Assembly (NCBI GenBank): GCA_028534125.1
Contig: CM052817.1
Span: forward strand, 22,880,001-22,944,000
Source: Lama glama
Taxonomy: Eukaryota
Length of the DNA: 64,000 bases
Reading direction: 5' to 3'
Shown here: positions 12,557 through 25,400 of the stretch, piece by piece
How positions within the stretch are numbered: the first letter of the stretch is position 1
Layout of the letters: each line of letters starts with the position of its first letter
Notes under the pieces: model-generated
Databases searched by the model: none
The model's input: only the letters and a program-made list of their open reading frames with translations
Told to the model about the DNA's origin: nothing
Program-made: the position numbers and the translations under genes

Positions 12557-14829
12557 TAGCTGTTATAATATTTAAGTGCCATAACTGAGGCAGGAATAAA
12601 GTCAAAACTTTACTGATCCTGCAGACAAAGGCTCTAATAGAAAGAACAATGTGTCTAAAGTGAGATCAGAGCTAAAGTCTCTCCTACGTTCATAACTGGC
12701 CATGTAAACCTACCCAAACATATTAATTTCTCTGAGTAAGGTTGCTATATGATCTTTAATACATAGGCTGATGTTACTCAATCTGGAATAACGTTCAGGC
12801 CTTTTAAATTTTTTAGATGTCTAGCTGAATTCCATTATTTTAATTAAAATGTTAAATATTTGCAAACATAGAGATAGGTTTGTTTGTTATGTTTTTACCC
12901 TTATGCAACTGTGAAACAAATTTAGAAATTATATACAAAAAATCTAACAGTTAAATTTAAATTAATACACCAATTTAATGTGACATTACATTGTTTACAT
13001 TACTTAAATATTATTAAACCTGTTCATATTAATTAAATCAATCAGCAATGGTTTATGAAATGTACACACTGGTTCAGGTATCGTGACCTATCCCAGAATT
13101 ACAACAATGAACAAAAATCTACATGACTCCATTCTCAAGAATGTTCTCTTGAATGCAGCATGACTTCACCATGGTTTACAATGTAATGATACAATTCTCA
13201 TGCAACTTTTATCTGTTCAAATAACCTGAGAAAATATTACATAAATTAACATTCAATTGCAGTGGGTTACAGAATAAATAATTTCTGGTCTTTTTATTAT
13301 TTTATGCAAATGAAAGACATTAAATTTGTAATACTTGGCACCTGCATGATACTAAACACAATTACAAATGGGAGCACTGAAATCACTTGCCTGTATTTGG
13401 TAATAAGAACCCAAGTAATACACAATATGCTTACAGTGTGTTTTTAAAGATTATCTTGAAAATATTTTTTAAAACCAGGAATTCCCAATATATAATGCTC
13501 AAATATCACAAAGAACTCTAACAAATGTAGTTCTGTCATCTCCGGGATTTGAGATTTACTAACATCGGGTGAAATGCCTTCTTTGAGGTCTAATAAAAAT
13601 ACTGAAATGTGGGTCAACATGCTATGGTGGGAAAAGAAATGAACTGAGAGATGAATAGTTTCTCATTAACCAAAGGTGTGAATTTTAGGATCATTTTCCT
13701 CTTCTGTGAATTAGCAGGCTCAGATGTGACGATTTCTAGGGTCTTTCTTGGTTCTTAAATCCTACGAAACAACAGACAATAAAATCTTTTCTAAGCCATA
13801 AACATTAACTCTATTTCTGGAAAATTTAGATCTTCAGTATTTCATTTTCAAGTAAAATTTTCAGTTAATGAAACAGTACTTCTAACTATGCCAATAACTT
13901 TAAAATTTGCTTCAGAAAAAAGTTATTTACAAAAGATTAAACAATTGACAAGATAAGATGGTTTCATAGGGTTTAAAGAAGTAATGCACATTTTTGAGAA
14001 TGGCAGTCATTAGAATATGTTAAAAATAAAACTGTTCTGTGAGAGTGAGATACGTTCTATCCATAACCTCATTTTTAGATCTCTCTTCTTTGAAGTAGTG
14101 GGCAATGTGATATGGGTACTTTCTGAAATAGCATTCCACATACTTCCATCAGTGTCTGTGGAACTTGACACTAAATTTCTATCTTCTGTTCTTGGTTCTG
14201 AAATTTGAGAAGAGTTTTACATAGTTTCAAAGGCATAAAGTTATCAACTTTATTGTACCAATTTTCTAATTATCAAGACAGCTTGAATAGTTGGTTTGGC
14301 AAAAAATTGGTTGTGTCATTGTTTCATCTGCTGTATCTTATTTTTTTTATTAGAAAAAAATAAAATGTTATGATATATTGAGAATTACAGTCCTTTACAA
14401 AGATAATATGCTTAAAGATTTTGGCTTTTTGTTAAAAGTTGTTCTCAAACATGACTATGGTCTTATAAAATCCACTGTTCTGTAGTCTATTCTGAATACT
14501 GACTTATTTTGACAGCTTCTCTTAGTAGCTTGTTACTCTAAATCTATTATAAGAAAGTTAATGCTTTATAGTCTATAACTTGATATTTTGTTTTTTGGAA
14601 GCTTATTTCCTGGCTGACCTCTATTTTTTCCTTCTTTACCTTAATCTTCCACTGATTGGATAACTGATGGTTCCTGGATGATTTCTCAAATTGTTACTCA
14701 TTGTCACTCGTCTTTTGAGGATTTTCTTGCTAAACTTCCTAAGACTTAGATTTGTTTTGACTGATTTGCTAAAGGCATACACATGTCCTTTCTCCATAGA
14801 CAAAGACTTTAGCCTCAGGATTGCTTGTG

Positions 14830-15465
14830 ATATGATCCAGAAATCCCACTCCTGGGCATATATCCGGAGGGAACTCTAATTCAAAAAGAAACATGCACTC
14901 AATGTTCATAGCAACACTACTGACAATAGTTAAAACATGAAAACAATCTAAATGTCCATTGACAGATGACTGGATAAAGACATTGTGGTGTATATGTATG
15001 TACAATAGAACACTACTCAGTCATACAAAGAATAAAATAATGCCATTTGCAGCAACATGGAATGGACCTAGAGATGGTCATACTAAGTGAAGGCAGGCCA
15101 GAAAGAGAAAGAAAAAATATCATATGACATCACTTACGTGTGGAATCTTAAAAAAAAGGACACAAATGAAGTTATTTAAAATAGACAGAGACTCACAGAC
15201 ATAGAAAACAAACTTATGGTTACCAGAGGGGAAAGGTGAGGGTAGGGGTGGAGGGATAAATTGGGAGTTCAGGATTTGCAGATACTAACTACTATATATA
15301 AAATAGATAAACAACGAGGTCCTAGCACGGGAAACTACATTCAACACATTGTAATAGTTTAAATGAAAAAAATGAAAAGAAATAGATATATAACTGAATC
15401 ACTATGCTGTATACCAGAAATTAACACAACATTGTAAACTGACTATATGTTAATTAAAAAAAAAA
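14830..15465 (+). mobile_element. 5'-truncated L1 (artiodactyl/camelid-type 3' end) with poly(A)
   Basis: atatgatccagaaatcccactcctgggcatatatcc (ORF2 end), 3' UTR ggagggataaattgggagttcaggatttgcagatactaactactatatataaaatagataaacaac, A tail at 15456-15465. Confidence 0.9.
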
Positions 15466-17119
15466 GGAGACTATTTTGCGAACCCTTTGGGAAACTTGTA
15501 AGGTTAGAAATGTCTCCCAAAATGATAAAGCGTAATTTTACTGGGAAAAAAGTCATATTACTCCATGTACATAAGGAGCACCTAGGATGCTGGGCAACAC
15601 TCCTGGGCTTGCTTTCTCAGGTAGAGAAATTAGATTCATATGTAATCATGGATCAATTCTCTCTACAAGTGTATACACTGGTGGCAAAAACTATTCCAGA
15701 ATCATGCAAGTTGTCAACGTCACTAGAATGTGGGCCTTGACCATTAACTTTTCAAAAGGGGTTGTAAAGAAATAATAGAAAAATGTTAGCATCCTTTTGA
15801 TTACATAGGGATTCACTAGTTTTCCAAAGAATGTCTAGATGTGTTTGATTGTATTTCATGGGGAAGTTTGTTTTTTAAGAGAAAAAGAAAACCCTCAAAA
15901 TGATCTCAAAGAGAAATTTAATCAGGGAGTTTGGCTCATTTAATAGTAATTACTTCTAGTCAGTTGAATGAGTAAATCTTCATTTTTAAAGTTGCAGAAC
16001 AAGCAGAGTTGTTTTGGACAAGTAGCCACCATGCCCAGAGAGGTCAGAAATTGAAATACTAGACACATTTTTGAAGAGAAGGACAAAGATTTCTCAGTGT
16101 CTCTGCAAGCAAAAATCTCAGGAGAACTCTTTTTCAAGTTTTCTTCTACTTAGATGAAAGGGAGAGTAACAATTCTTGACTTTCTAACACAACTTCAACT
16201 CAGGGTCTTAGAGGATTCTTGATAGGCCTATCTTGACATAGGTCTGTGTCCAGCAGAGAAAGTTACATGAACCCTAAATTTCTACATTTCTACTACATAC
16301 CTCTGGGAATCAGGGTTTTCAGTAATTGTTATCAAAATAAAACCAAAATGAATCGCATATAAAAGAAAGTATGTGTATTACTATGTGAAAGAGTAGCCTT
16401 TTATTAAAATTTATTTTGTGGGAAGAAAAAGGCTGTGTATGAGATTGTTTCCTCCTTTAGATAACTGACCTTAATGTTCTCTTTATTTCTAGCCTTAGAA
16501 TTCCTTTGGTTGAGGTTCATGTGTAACAATACACTCCACTCTAGGGACTGTTAGACTGAAATTGAGGAATGATAACATGATTTATCCAGATTCACTTTGG
16601 TGATCTACTTCCCTGACCAAGAGTTAATCCAATACTTACATTAGCAACTTTTAGGTGCTTAAGTCTTAATGTGAAATAAGTTATTCACCATTTTATACTC
16701 ACACGTCAACATGTCCATCCTTAAAACTAGAAACCAATGATCTAACTAGTATATTCCTATCTAGGAAATTACACTTTCCAATTCATTTTGAACTTGACCT
16801 CCTTTGATCTAATTTACCTGTAGACCCTGATTATGACCACTGACTCATTTGCCTGGGATTGTGTTTGTAGTTATAAAATTGCTGGCTTAGATAAAGATGA
16901 GCCTTTTGTTCTTTATTGTAATGATCTGAATATTTTACATGAATTTTGCATAGAACTATGTCCATGAATTAAGTAGGGCATGTATTATTTTTATCCATAT
17001 TATTATTTCTGTTTTTACACATTAATAAAATGTGGCTTAAAAATGCTCCTAAATTCATAAACCTTAATGTTATGGACAGAACCTGAACACAGATCTTGAC
17101 GTTACATTATTTCTACTTA

Positions 17120-18700
17120 TTGACTTAATGGACAGTATGTCAGTTAAGTCCAGCACATGAAGTGTACTATGGGGGACACTAAGGATGTAGAGATCAGTAA
17201 GACAACTTCTGATATAAAAGCACTCACAATTGAGTTGGAGAATGTCTTAGCACTTTTGAGCACTATTAACAACTATAGACTATGTGGCTTAAAAACAACA
17301 GAAATGTATTTCTCATAGTTCTGGAGGCTGGAAGTTGAAGATCATGGTTCTGATAATGGCCTTTATCCAGCTACAGACTGCCAGCTTCTTGCTGTGTCCT
17401 CATGTGGTGGAAGAGGTGAGGAGTTTCTTTCAGGCTTCTTTTACAAGGACATTAGTCCTACTCAGGAGGGCATCACCTCCCAAAGCCCCACTTCCTAATA
17501 CCATCACACCAGGCATTAGGTTTTCAACCTTAAAAACTTTGAGGGAACACACTTATTCAGACCAGAGACTAAGTTATCAATATTAGTCTATCATCAATCA
17601 CTAACCATTGATCGGAATAATCTAAGAATTCACTAGTATCACCAGTGGATACATGAGAACAGACATGAGTAACTCCCTCCCTTAGAGTATCAGAAAAGGT
17701 TCACAGAAATAATGGTGCTTATGTTGAACCTTATGGGAAAATTCATGTTTTTCATGACTGACTTAAAAAAGAAAATTATTTCAGGTTAGAGATGCAACAG
17801 AATGGTGGAAAGATACAGGCCAAGATCACTGTATTCAAAAAGTTGAGTCATGAAGAAACAGTGGCAATCTTTAACCAAGAGTTGACAAGATCAAATCTCT
17901 TGGTAAAAGACAACTTAGCATTAAAGAAGAGTCTGCAGAGAAGTAGGAGTTGTTGGCAAAAACAATCAAGACAGAAAGAACACAAAAAACAAAAAACAGC
18001 TAAAAGAATGTTGCGATGATCTGTCTCAGAACTGAATCAACTGAGAAAGTGTCATGAAGACTGAGAAGGTTGAAGCTGAAGGGTTTAATAATCATCTAGA
18101 TTTTAAGAACAAAGGAGATGGATGAATTGTGGATGACTGTGCAGATGGCGGTGCTATTAGCTAATGAAGCAAAACAAAATGGTAATGATAATAATAATGA
18201 TAATGAAAACTATGGGACTGAAAGGGAGAATTATAAACTGAAATGTATGTGCATGCCAGGAATATTCAATATGCACCCATTAGGTAATTAATTTCAAAAG
18301 CATATGCCTATTAAACATTTATTATATGCTAGGCACTGTTTTTTTTAATTTATGAGTAAAAGAAGCATGATTAGATATTATAAAAGTCAGTGGATGAGGT
18401 ATATAGTAAGCAGTTAGTAAAAAAAAAAAAACATAGATGGCTAGAACCTGGAGAATTTTCTATGAAGAAAATTAATAGGATGCCATGATAGAAGAATACA
18501 TTATTTGGATGAGGAGGTCTCATGTCGGAGCAGGGGACAGGTGAAAACAGAGGTCTAGGCCTTAGAAGCAGAGGTCTGAACTGAACACACAGACTGGGAG
18601 ATCAACATACAGCTAGTAATTGAGGCTTTGAAGGTGGAAACATTTCTAAGAGACAGTGTGACAAATTAGAAAGAGCCATTCAGCTAATGATAAACTAAAC
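17120..18700 (-). mobile_element. Fragmented L2 (interrupted by the MLT1A-like LTR and probably a MIR)
   Basis: Purine-rich L2 antisense motifs: ggggacactaagg, gatggcggtgctattagct, gactgggagatcaacatacagctagtaattga. Confidence 0.5.
17243..17568 (-). mobile_element. MaLR solo LTR (MLT1A-like)
   Basis: tgtcttag...aacaacagaaatgtatttctcatagttctggaggctggaag...cacctcccaaagccccacttcctaataccatcac...attcagacca is the reverse complement of MLT1A-type LTRs. Confidence 0.8.
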
Positions 18701-21599
18701 TATGATTAACTGGCCGTATTTATTTGTTTCAAAAATACTGTAAAGAGATTGAGGCTAAATTTATAAGCTTTTAGAAGGTATTACATCATAGTAGGGTTTA
18801 TGAAAATGGATCTGTATAAAGAGAAAAATGAGTACCCCCAAGCCAGCCAGTAAATAGACATCACAGACATCATGAAATATTGAGGTTCCTTTTTCTGGTT
18901 CATTCTTTATGGCATAAATCTAAAATTAAATAATGTTCCTAAGATGTAACTGTAAATGCTAGCAATTTCCTGGAATGTTTTAACATGACTGCATACTCTA
19001 GGAAGTAAAAATTAATGTTAAAAATAAAGAAATTCCTAGGGAGTAGGTGATCTCTTACTAATGAGTAAAGGTAATCCCAGACTAATGCAACACTTTCATC
19101 TTTATTATTGCTAATAAAAGTAAACTCATTATCAGACAAAGAAACCACATATTGTGAAATGATTCTTCAAATGGTATACTAAAGAAATAAAAATATGTTT
19201 ATTCAGATGGATAGGAGTGGGTTCTGAAGCTCTAAATATTTTAATTATAATAGTACTTTAATCATATAAACATACAAGAACTTGTTCTTCCTACTGAAAA
19301 TAATCATCATTTTACTCAAGCAACCAAATCTGTCTCTTCATCTACTTGAATATTGATGTAACAGCTGAGGTAATAGCTTTCTTCTATATATTCTTACGTT
19401 TAATACAAAGAAACAAAAACCAAAAAAAAATTATTTAAGGTCAGCTCTAAGTCAGGTCATCTCATTAAAAAGAAAAATCAATTCACGCTATGTTAAACCA
19501 AAAATGAATTAAGTTTTTGTGTAGGCCAAGACAAATCTGAAGGAAGAGACTGGAACTAGCCAACTAGTCCTTAACCACTATGTTTAAAAAGTTAAGAAAT
19601 CTAATTTGATCAATTAGCAACTGTTTGTACCCATTTAAATTTGTGCCCATGGACAGAGTGGCTTGTTCATATTCAACTGCAGAGAAGAATGCTTCTAACT
19701 GGTTAGGTGACATTGTATAGCCATATAATAGAATGTCTACACTATGCTATAGAACAAAACATTTAACCTTCCTACCAACTGTGTTGCAGAAATAAAGATA
19801 CAGGATGCATAAAGATTTAAAATATAACTACCTATGAAATATAATCATATTTTAGTTAATCTTTATTTATTAGATTCTTTCTAATTACCAGATATTTTAG
19901 AAAGTGTTTTGAAAGCAATACTCTCAAAGGTTCTCAGTACAATGAATTAAATCAATATGTGTCACACAAAGTGCAGGATCTTTTGGAAAATATAAAATAG
20001 TAAATTTCTGAAAATTACCTTTCCCCAATGAACTATAGCTGCATTTTTATTGAGAGTTTTTATTTCAGTGTGCAAAGTCTTTAAGAAATTAAATTTGAAA
20101 AAATAGATTTAGCTTAAAATTATGGTGATATGGAAAATTACTGGTTTAACAAATTATTGCTAATTAGTCAATGCTTTAGTCTCCCTAGACTTTACAATAT
20201 TCACCCAATTTAAAAAACAAAAAGAATCAAAGAGAAAGGGCTCTCATGATACTAATCAAGGGAATGTAAGGCACCATGATTGACTAAAGAGAAGAATCTG
20301 GCTGGAGGAGCTCATTGGCATCCTTTGAGCAATAGTGTTTTCTATACACTGACATTGAGTGGGAGTTAGAGATGGGTTAGAAAGGTGAAATAAATTAACC
20401 CCTAAGACTTTTCAAAAATTAAGATCCTAAAACTCTACATAGGTTTCATCTGTTTCGAAGGCTGTGTTTTCTGTTTTGGTTTTTTTTTGTTTTTTTTTTC
20501 CATTTTTTTTAAACCCCTCCAGGGAAGAGAACCGGCTATTGTTTTCAATAAAATCAATGTTGTAGCTCCCTGCTAAAATGTTTTTACTTCAACTTTGGCC
20601 AATATTCCTTAATGGCCACTTACTTTTATCACATTTCAAAACTTTTATGAGTGAGGGGGGAGGGAAGTGGAATGCCTATAATTCCTTCCTACGCCTCAGT
20701 TTCTTATATAATTCAACAGCTTAGTGGTGGCTCTATTGTTTCTGGAGATTTGGCTAAAAATGTCGCTTCTTTAGGTTGTTTTTTTTTTTTTAATAGAAAA
20801 TAAAATATTTTAATTGCTGAAAGATGCCTATCCAGTGATACTGTTTTTTATGCACCTAATCAAAAACCTCATCCAAGCCATCTATTATTGCCTTGCTGCA
20901 CAATTTAATAAGATGCTAACTGCTGCCTAATTCCATATCTTACAGTTGAGGCACAACAGGTCTTTAGGTCTTTTAATCTTTCCCTGGCTCATGATCTATA
21001 CCCTGTATTCAAAAAATCCTCTATATATATATATATAATATACTCATCCGGAAACACTAGAGAAGGGCAAGGTTTATTCAAGCCCCTCTGCCTAGATTTG
21101 GGTATCCAGAGAAGATAGAAACCATCTCTTGGTGATTTAGTCCTCTCCACTCACCCCTTGCCCTACCATTCCTCAATATTTCTTCCCTAGGTAAGCACCG
21201 GTTAGATTACACAACCAGTCTTATCAGCCCATAGGATTAGCTGCCAGAAATGCACTTCCCTATCCTCTCCACTGTCAATCCTATAATCTGACCTCAAGTC
21301 ACTTACTTCACTACCATTACCTGAAGTGATCTGCAGCTGGCTCCTTTTCCTCAATTAACCATAAGTAGGAAGGAGGTATAGATTTCTAGCTACCCTAAAT
21401 ATCCAAATCCCCTTGTCATTTCTAATACTATACACAGCATGCACTCTTAACACCAGATTTTATTTTAAAGGTATAAGAACAAAGACATCTCTATTACTTT
21501 CTTTATCCTCAAAACAGAGTTTATGAAAAATAGAAAGTTAATCATTTTTGAAATAATTGGGAAGTAACTAGGAATCTTAATCATAATATGTTGTAAGCA

Positions 21600-22440
21600 A
21601 AATGCCTCGTATAAACACTGAAGTCAGGATTAAAAAGACAATACATACGGCAACATGGATTTTATTTAAAATGTTTTCTAGCTAGCTAATAAAATTAGAT
21701 AAGAGAAAGTAGGGAACCAAAACAATTGAAAATAGGAAGAAATTCAATAATTCATAGATGTTATAACTTACCTGAAAGATACAAAAATATATTTAAGTAC
21801 TAATCCAAGATTAGATAATTATCTATAGGTAACATACTAAAGATAATATACTAAAACACTATTTTAAACAATATGATGATTAAGTAAAGCTATCAAAGCA
21901 AGAGCTTTCTTATAGCTTCTCCTCTATAAAGAGCTGTTAGTTGTAAAATATAAGGGAAAAAATCACATTTACTACTCCATTTAAAGTATAAAATATCTAG
22001 GAATAACATAATATGAAATATACAAAGGCAAAGAAAATACTCAAGACAAAACAAAAATTCAGAGCAACTGATGTTCAGAATATAAGTTGGAGCAATTTCT
22101 TTAGGGAGCAATATGACAATATATTTTACTTTTGAGAGGTGCATTTTTTTTGCTCAGAATTACTGTTTATGATAATTTATCCTACAGACATAGATGTGTA
22201 CAAAAATAATTCATCCACTGCAGCAATGTTTGTAATGGTAAAGACTAAAATAAGTTAATCACTTCTAAGTTAGGGGCAAGTCAAATAATTAATAGTACAT
22301 TTTTGCAATGAAATGATAGCCATTTAAAAATCAGTCATTTAGGTTACCCAGTAAAAAATAACCCAAATACAGATTTTGGATATTAGAGATTTAGAGTGGC
22401 AAGGAGTATAGTGTATACTTGCATTTTTAAAAAGGTTTAC
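21600..22440 (+). mobile_element. Highly decayed L1 (L1ME/L1M5-like) ORF2 and 3' fragments
   Basis: aaataggaagaaattcaataattcatagatgttataacttacctgaaagatacaaaa aligns by eye to the RT FADD region; later atttatcctacag...tcatccactgcagcaatgtttgtaat matches the ORF2 end. Confidence 0.55.
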
Positions 22441-25400
22441 AGCCACGCATGAATACATATACATGCACATATGCACTCAGATATATACATACATTCTCGC
22501 TTGCATGATTGTATATGCAGTATGTACATTAGAGTCTTGTGGATACTTACCCCTCTGATGAAAACAGCCCAACCAAGAAGAGGCTGGAGAAATGTGTAAG
22601 CACTGTTTTTAAAGTGGGGCTCTCTGTCAAGAATTCATCACTAGTGCCCTAATATATCTGCGTATGCAATGAATTAATTTCACACCCGTTAGTCCATAAT
22701 GACTAGATATGTAACATTCTAGGGAACAATGAGAAAATACTCAAATTACATTGCATGCTCTGTGATTCAATGAAGAAGTCTGGTTTAGAAAGACTAGAAG
22801 TCATGAGAGGGATATTTAAGTCATATATTGTTTGATACTGCTTGATTTTTCTAACTGTCAAGTGTATTTATTTTTTACAATTACCATTTCGTGACCTAAA
22901 TACTGTGTGTAGTGGACGAAGACGTAATCTCACCCAAAGAATTGCTTTTACAGCCCAGAATATTTTCACAGATGTCCCTATGTGTCTTAATGACTTTTAT
23001 GAGGGCCACACAACCAATTCCTTGGCCCACAATCATTTGGGTCACGGCTACAAGGCAGTTCTGATTACAGATCTTGCCTCTGTGATGAGCAGTGAAATGG
23101 TGGATGTGTCCTAGAATTTTCTGGCACATGGATTCTGAGTAATGAACAATGGGCCATTTTCCTTCTCTCCTTCACTTTGAAGCTAAATGTAAGTGACACT
23201 TCCAATTTAAATCTTGAAGTTAAAGTAATGTTGAGGTAACTGACAAATGAATGACAACTATAGTTCTTCACATTATAAAATAGTATATTAAACCTATCTC
23301 TCTTGTGAATTACTTTATTCTTTATTCACAGTTGATCTCTCTTCTTTGTTCTTGGATCTTTAATCTTAAAGGCAGTTACAATACTTGACCTAATAATAAT
23401 GATAGTTCATGTTCTTCAGTCAAATACTGGATCTATCCTACTGGTAAGGGCAATACTTTGATGGTTTCTTTCGGATAACACACAGTGAAATTGGAGTGCA
23501 AGAAAGCATTAAGCTTTAGAATCAAAATCTAGCCTGAATTTCTTCCTAGCTTCTGCTTTATTAAAATTTCCCCTTATCATAAGCATTATTACATTGCTGT
23601 ACAAGCAGACTAACACAATACTCACATTCATTCTATGCCATAATTTAAGACAGTTTCTTATAGAAAGAGATGCCCACTTTTCGTATGAAGTCTCAAAAAA
23701 TTGATCAAACGTAAATACATAAATGTTGAAAGGTACAAAAAGTGATAAAATTGTTTATGAATAACATTTACATGACTTATTTAAGCAGATATTTAATTAA
23801 GTGTTAACTTAGAAACCCTGCCCTTTGTACTTTCCATTTCATAAAATAGTTTTATCAAAATCATTTATACACATGATGCCTTCAGTATCACTCAAACATT
23901 TTTAGTGTCATCTAACAGTTTTTAGAGTGCATCATCCTCACATGTCTTAATAATATGAGTTACAGCACTTGTGAAAATCATACATTATGCTCTCACTGAA
24001 AATACATTCCAAATCCGTAAGTACCCATTAATAGCAGGGTTTTATATTTTCATTTCTCCAACATATTTATATATGTGATCTCAATGATGTCAACACCTAC
24101 TGATTATTCAGAAAAATAATCTTTAAGAGATTTGTTTACAGTATTACATTACAGAAAATGCATGGCCACATGCCCCAGTAAAATCACTATGCCTCTGCTA
24201 ATTCCTTCACCTTCCATTTATAGTTTACCTATTCCACTGTTTAACCTTTTGTCAACATTCGGAACTAGGACTGCTGGAAATCATTTTAGTACCTTCTAAA
24301 TTCAGGATATTTTAGTCTAATGTAAATTCTGGGTAATATGAAATCCCCTATATTTAAAAAGACAAGGCACATTACTCCTTTCTGAAAGATAATTTTTAGG
24401 ACAACAAGAAGTATGATGTTTCAATCATATGTGTATTAGTTATGACAATTAACAAATATTTGAGGGGAGACATAACTTCTACTACTGTCTCAGGCTTGCT
24501 TTATTGAATTTTTAATGTTGCTTTTATGACTTCTCCTAATTGGAAATGTCAAAGACGATAGAGGATTGCAACTAAGAAGAAGTTATGCTGCATCGTATTT
24601 CAAAGTTTTCTTAAGAAGCCTCGGTACTGTTCTATAGCTCCCCAGTGTTTAGGGTCTGATGTTTACTGCAGTTCAGTCAGAGATGAGAAATGAGGCGTGG
24701 GGTGGGGAATTGAGATTAAACTACTTCTAACAGTTTTCATCACTGATTAAATGATTTCCAGTCAATTATTAAGAGTTGAAGAGTTGGATTGTTGAGAGAA
24801 ACTTTAGATTGCTTCAGTGAGAAAGTGGATGAGACATACTCTAGCCTTGCGGAATACCTGGAAAATAACCCCATTTCAAACATATCATCACTTACCAGAG
24901 GATGAAAGGAAAAGGAAGGTGGCTTGGGGCATAGGGGAATAAAAAAGTCCACTGCCCTCTTTAAAAGGCAAAGAACTAAGCAAAAGCAGTATCTTTTACT
25001 TCCGGCCACAAACTATTCACAAATTCATTTTACTTTAAACACATAAGCAGACAAGGACCCTACACAAGGGCAGCAATCATTTATATTCCAGAGTCCAGCA
25101 CTGGTACATAGTTAAACAATGAATACTTATTGTTGAGTACTAGTCAGTATGTTTGCTTTACATTTCCATGCTTGATGAAGAGTGATGGCAAAGATTTATT
25201 AAAGAGTTTAAAAAATCATTTAAAATTATGCTAAAGCTACCAACGCCCCCCCCAATTCTAATAGTTTCTGAAATGTGACACAATTTTATATAAGAAAATA
25301 AAAAGCATTGATAACAAAGGATATAATATAGCTGCCCAGACAGACATGTTAGACATTTAAAACTTTTTTAGTAGAGCTTTGGATTTGCAAAAAAATGTAA

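Noticed and set aside
16025..16054. Perfect gccaccATG Kozak context
   Set aside because: The frame stops after 7 codons and there is no promoter context.
21761..21800. Minus-strand tttttgtatctttcAG|GTAAGT recursive-splice-like motif
   Set aside because: Lies in the T-rich antisense strand of a decayed L1 ORF2, where such motifs arise easily by chance.
24760..24905. Protein-like + frame RVGLLRETLDCFSEKVDETYSSLAEYLENNP
   Set aside because: In-frame stop just after the only nearby acceptor, no donor and no recognised homology.
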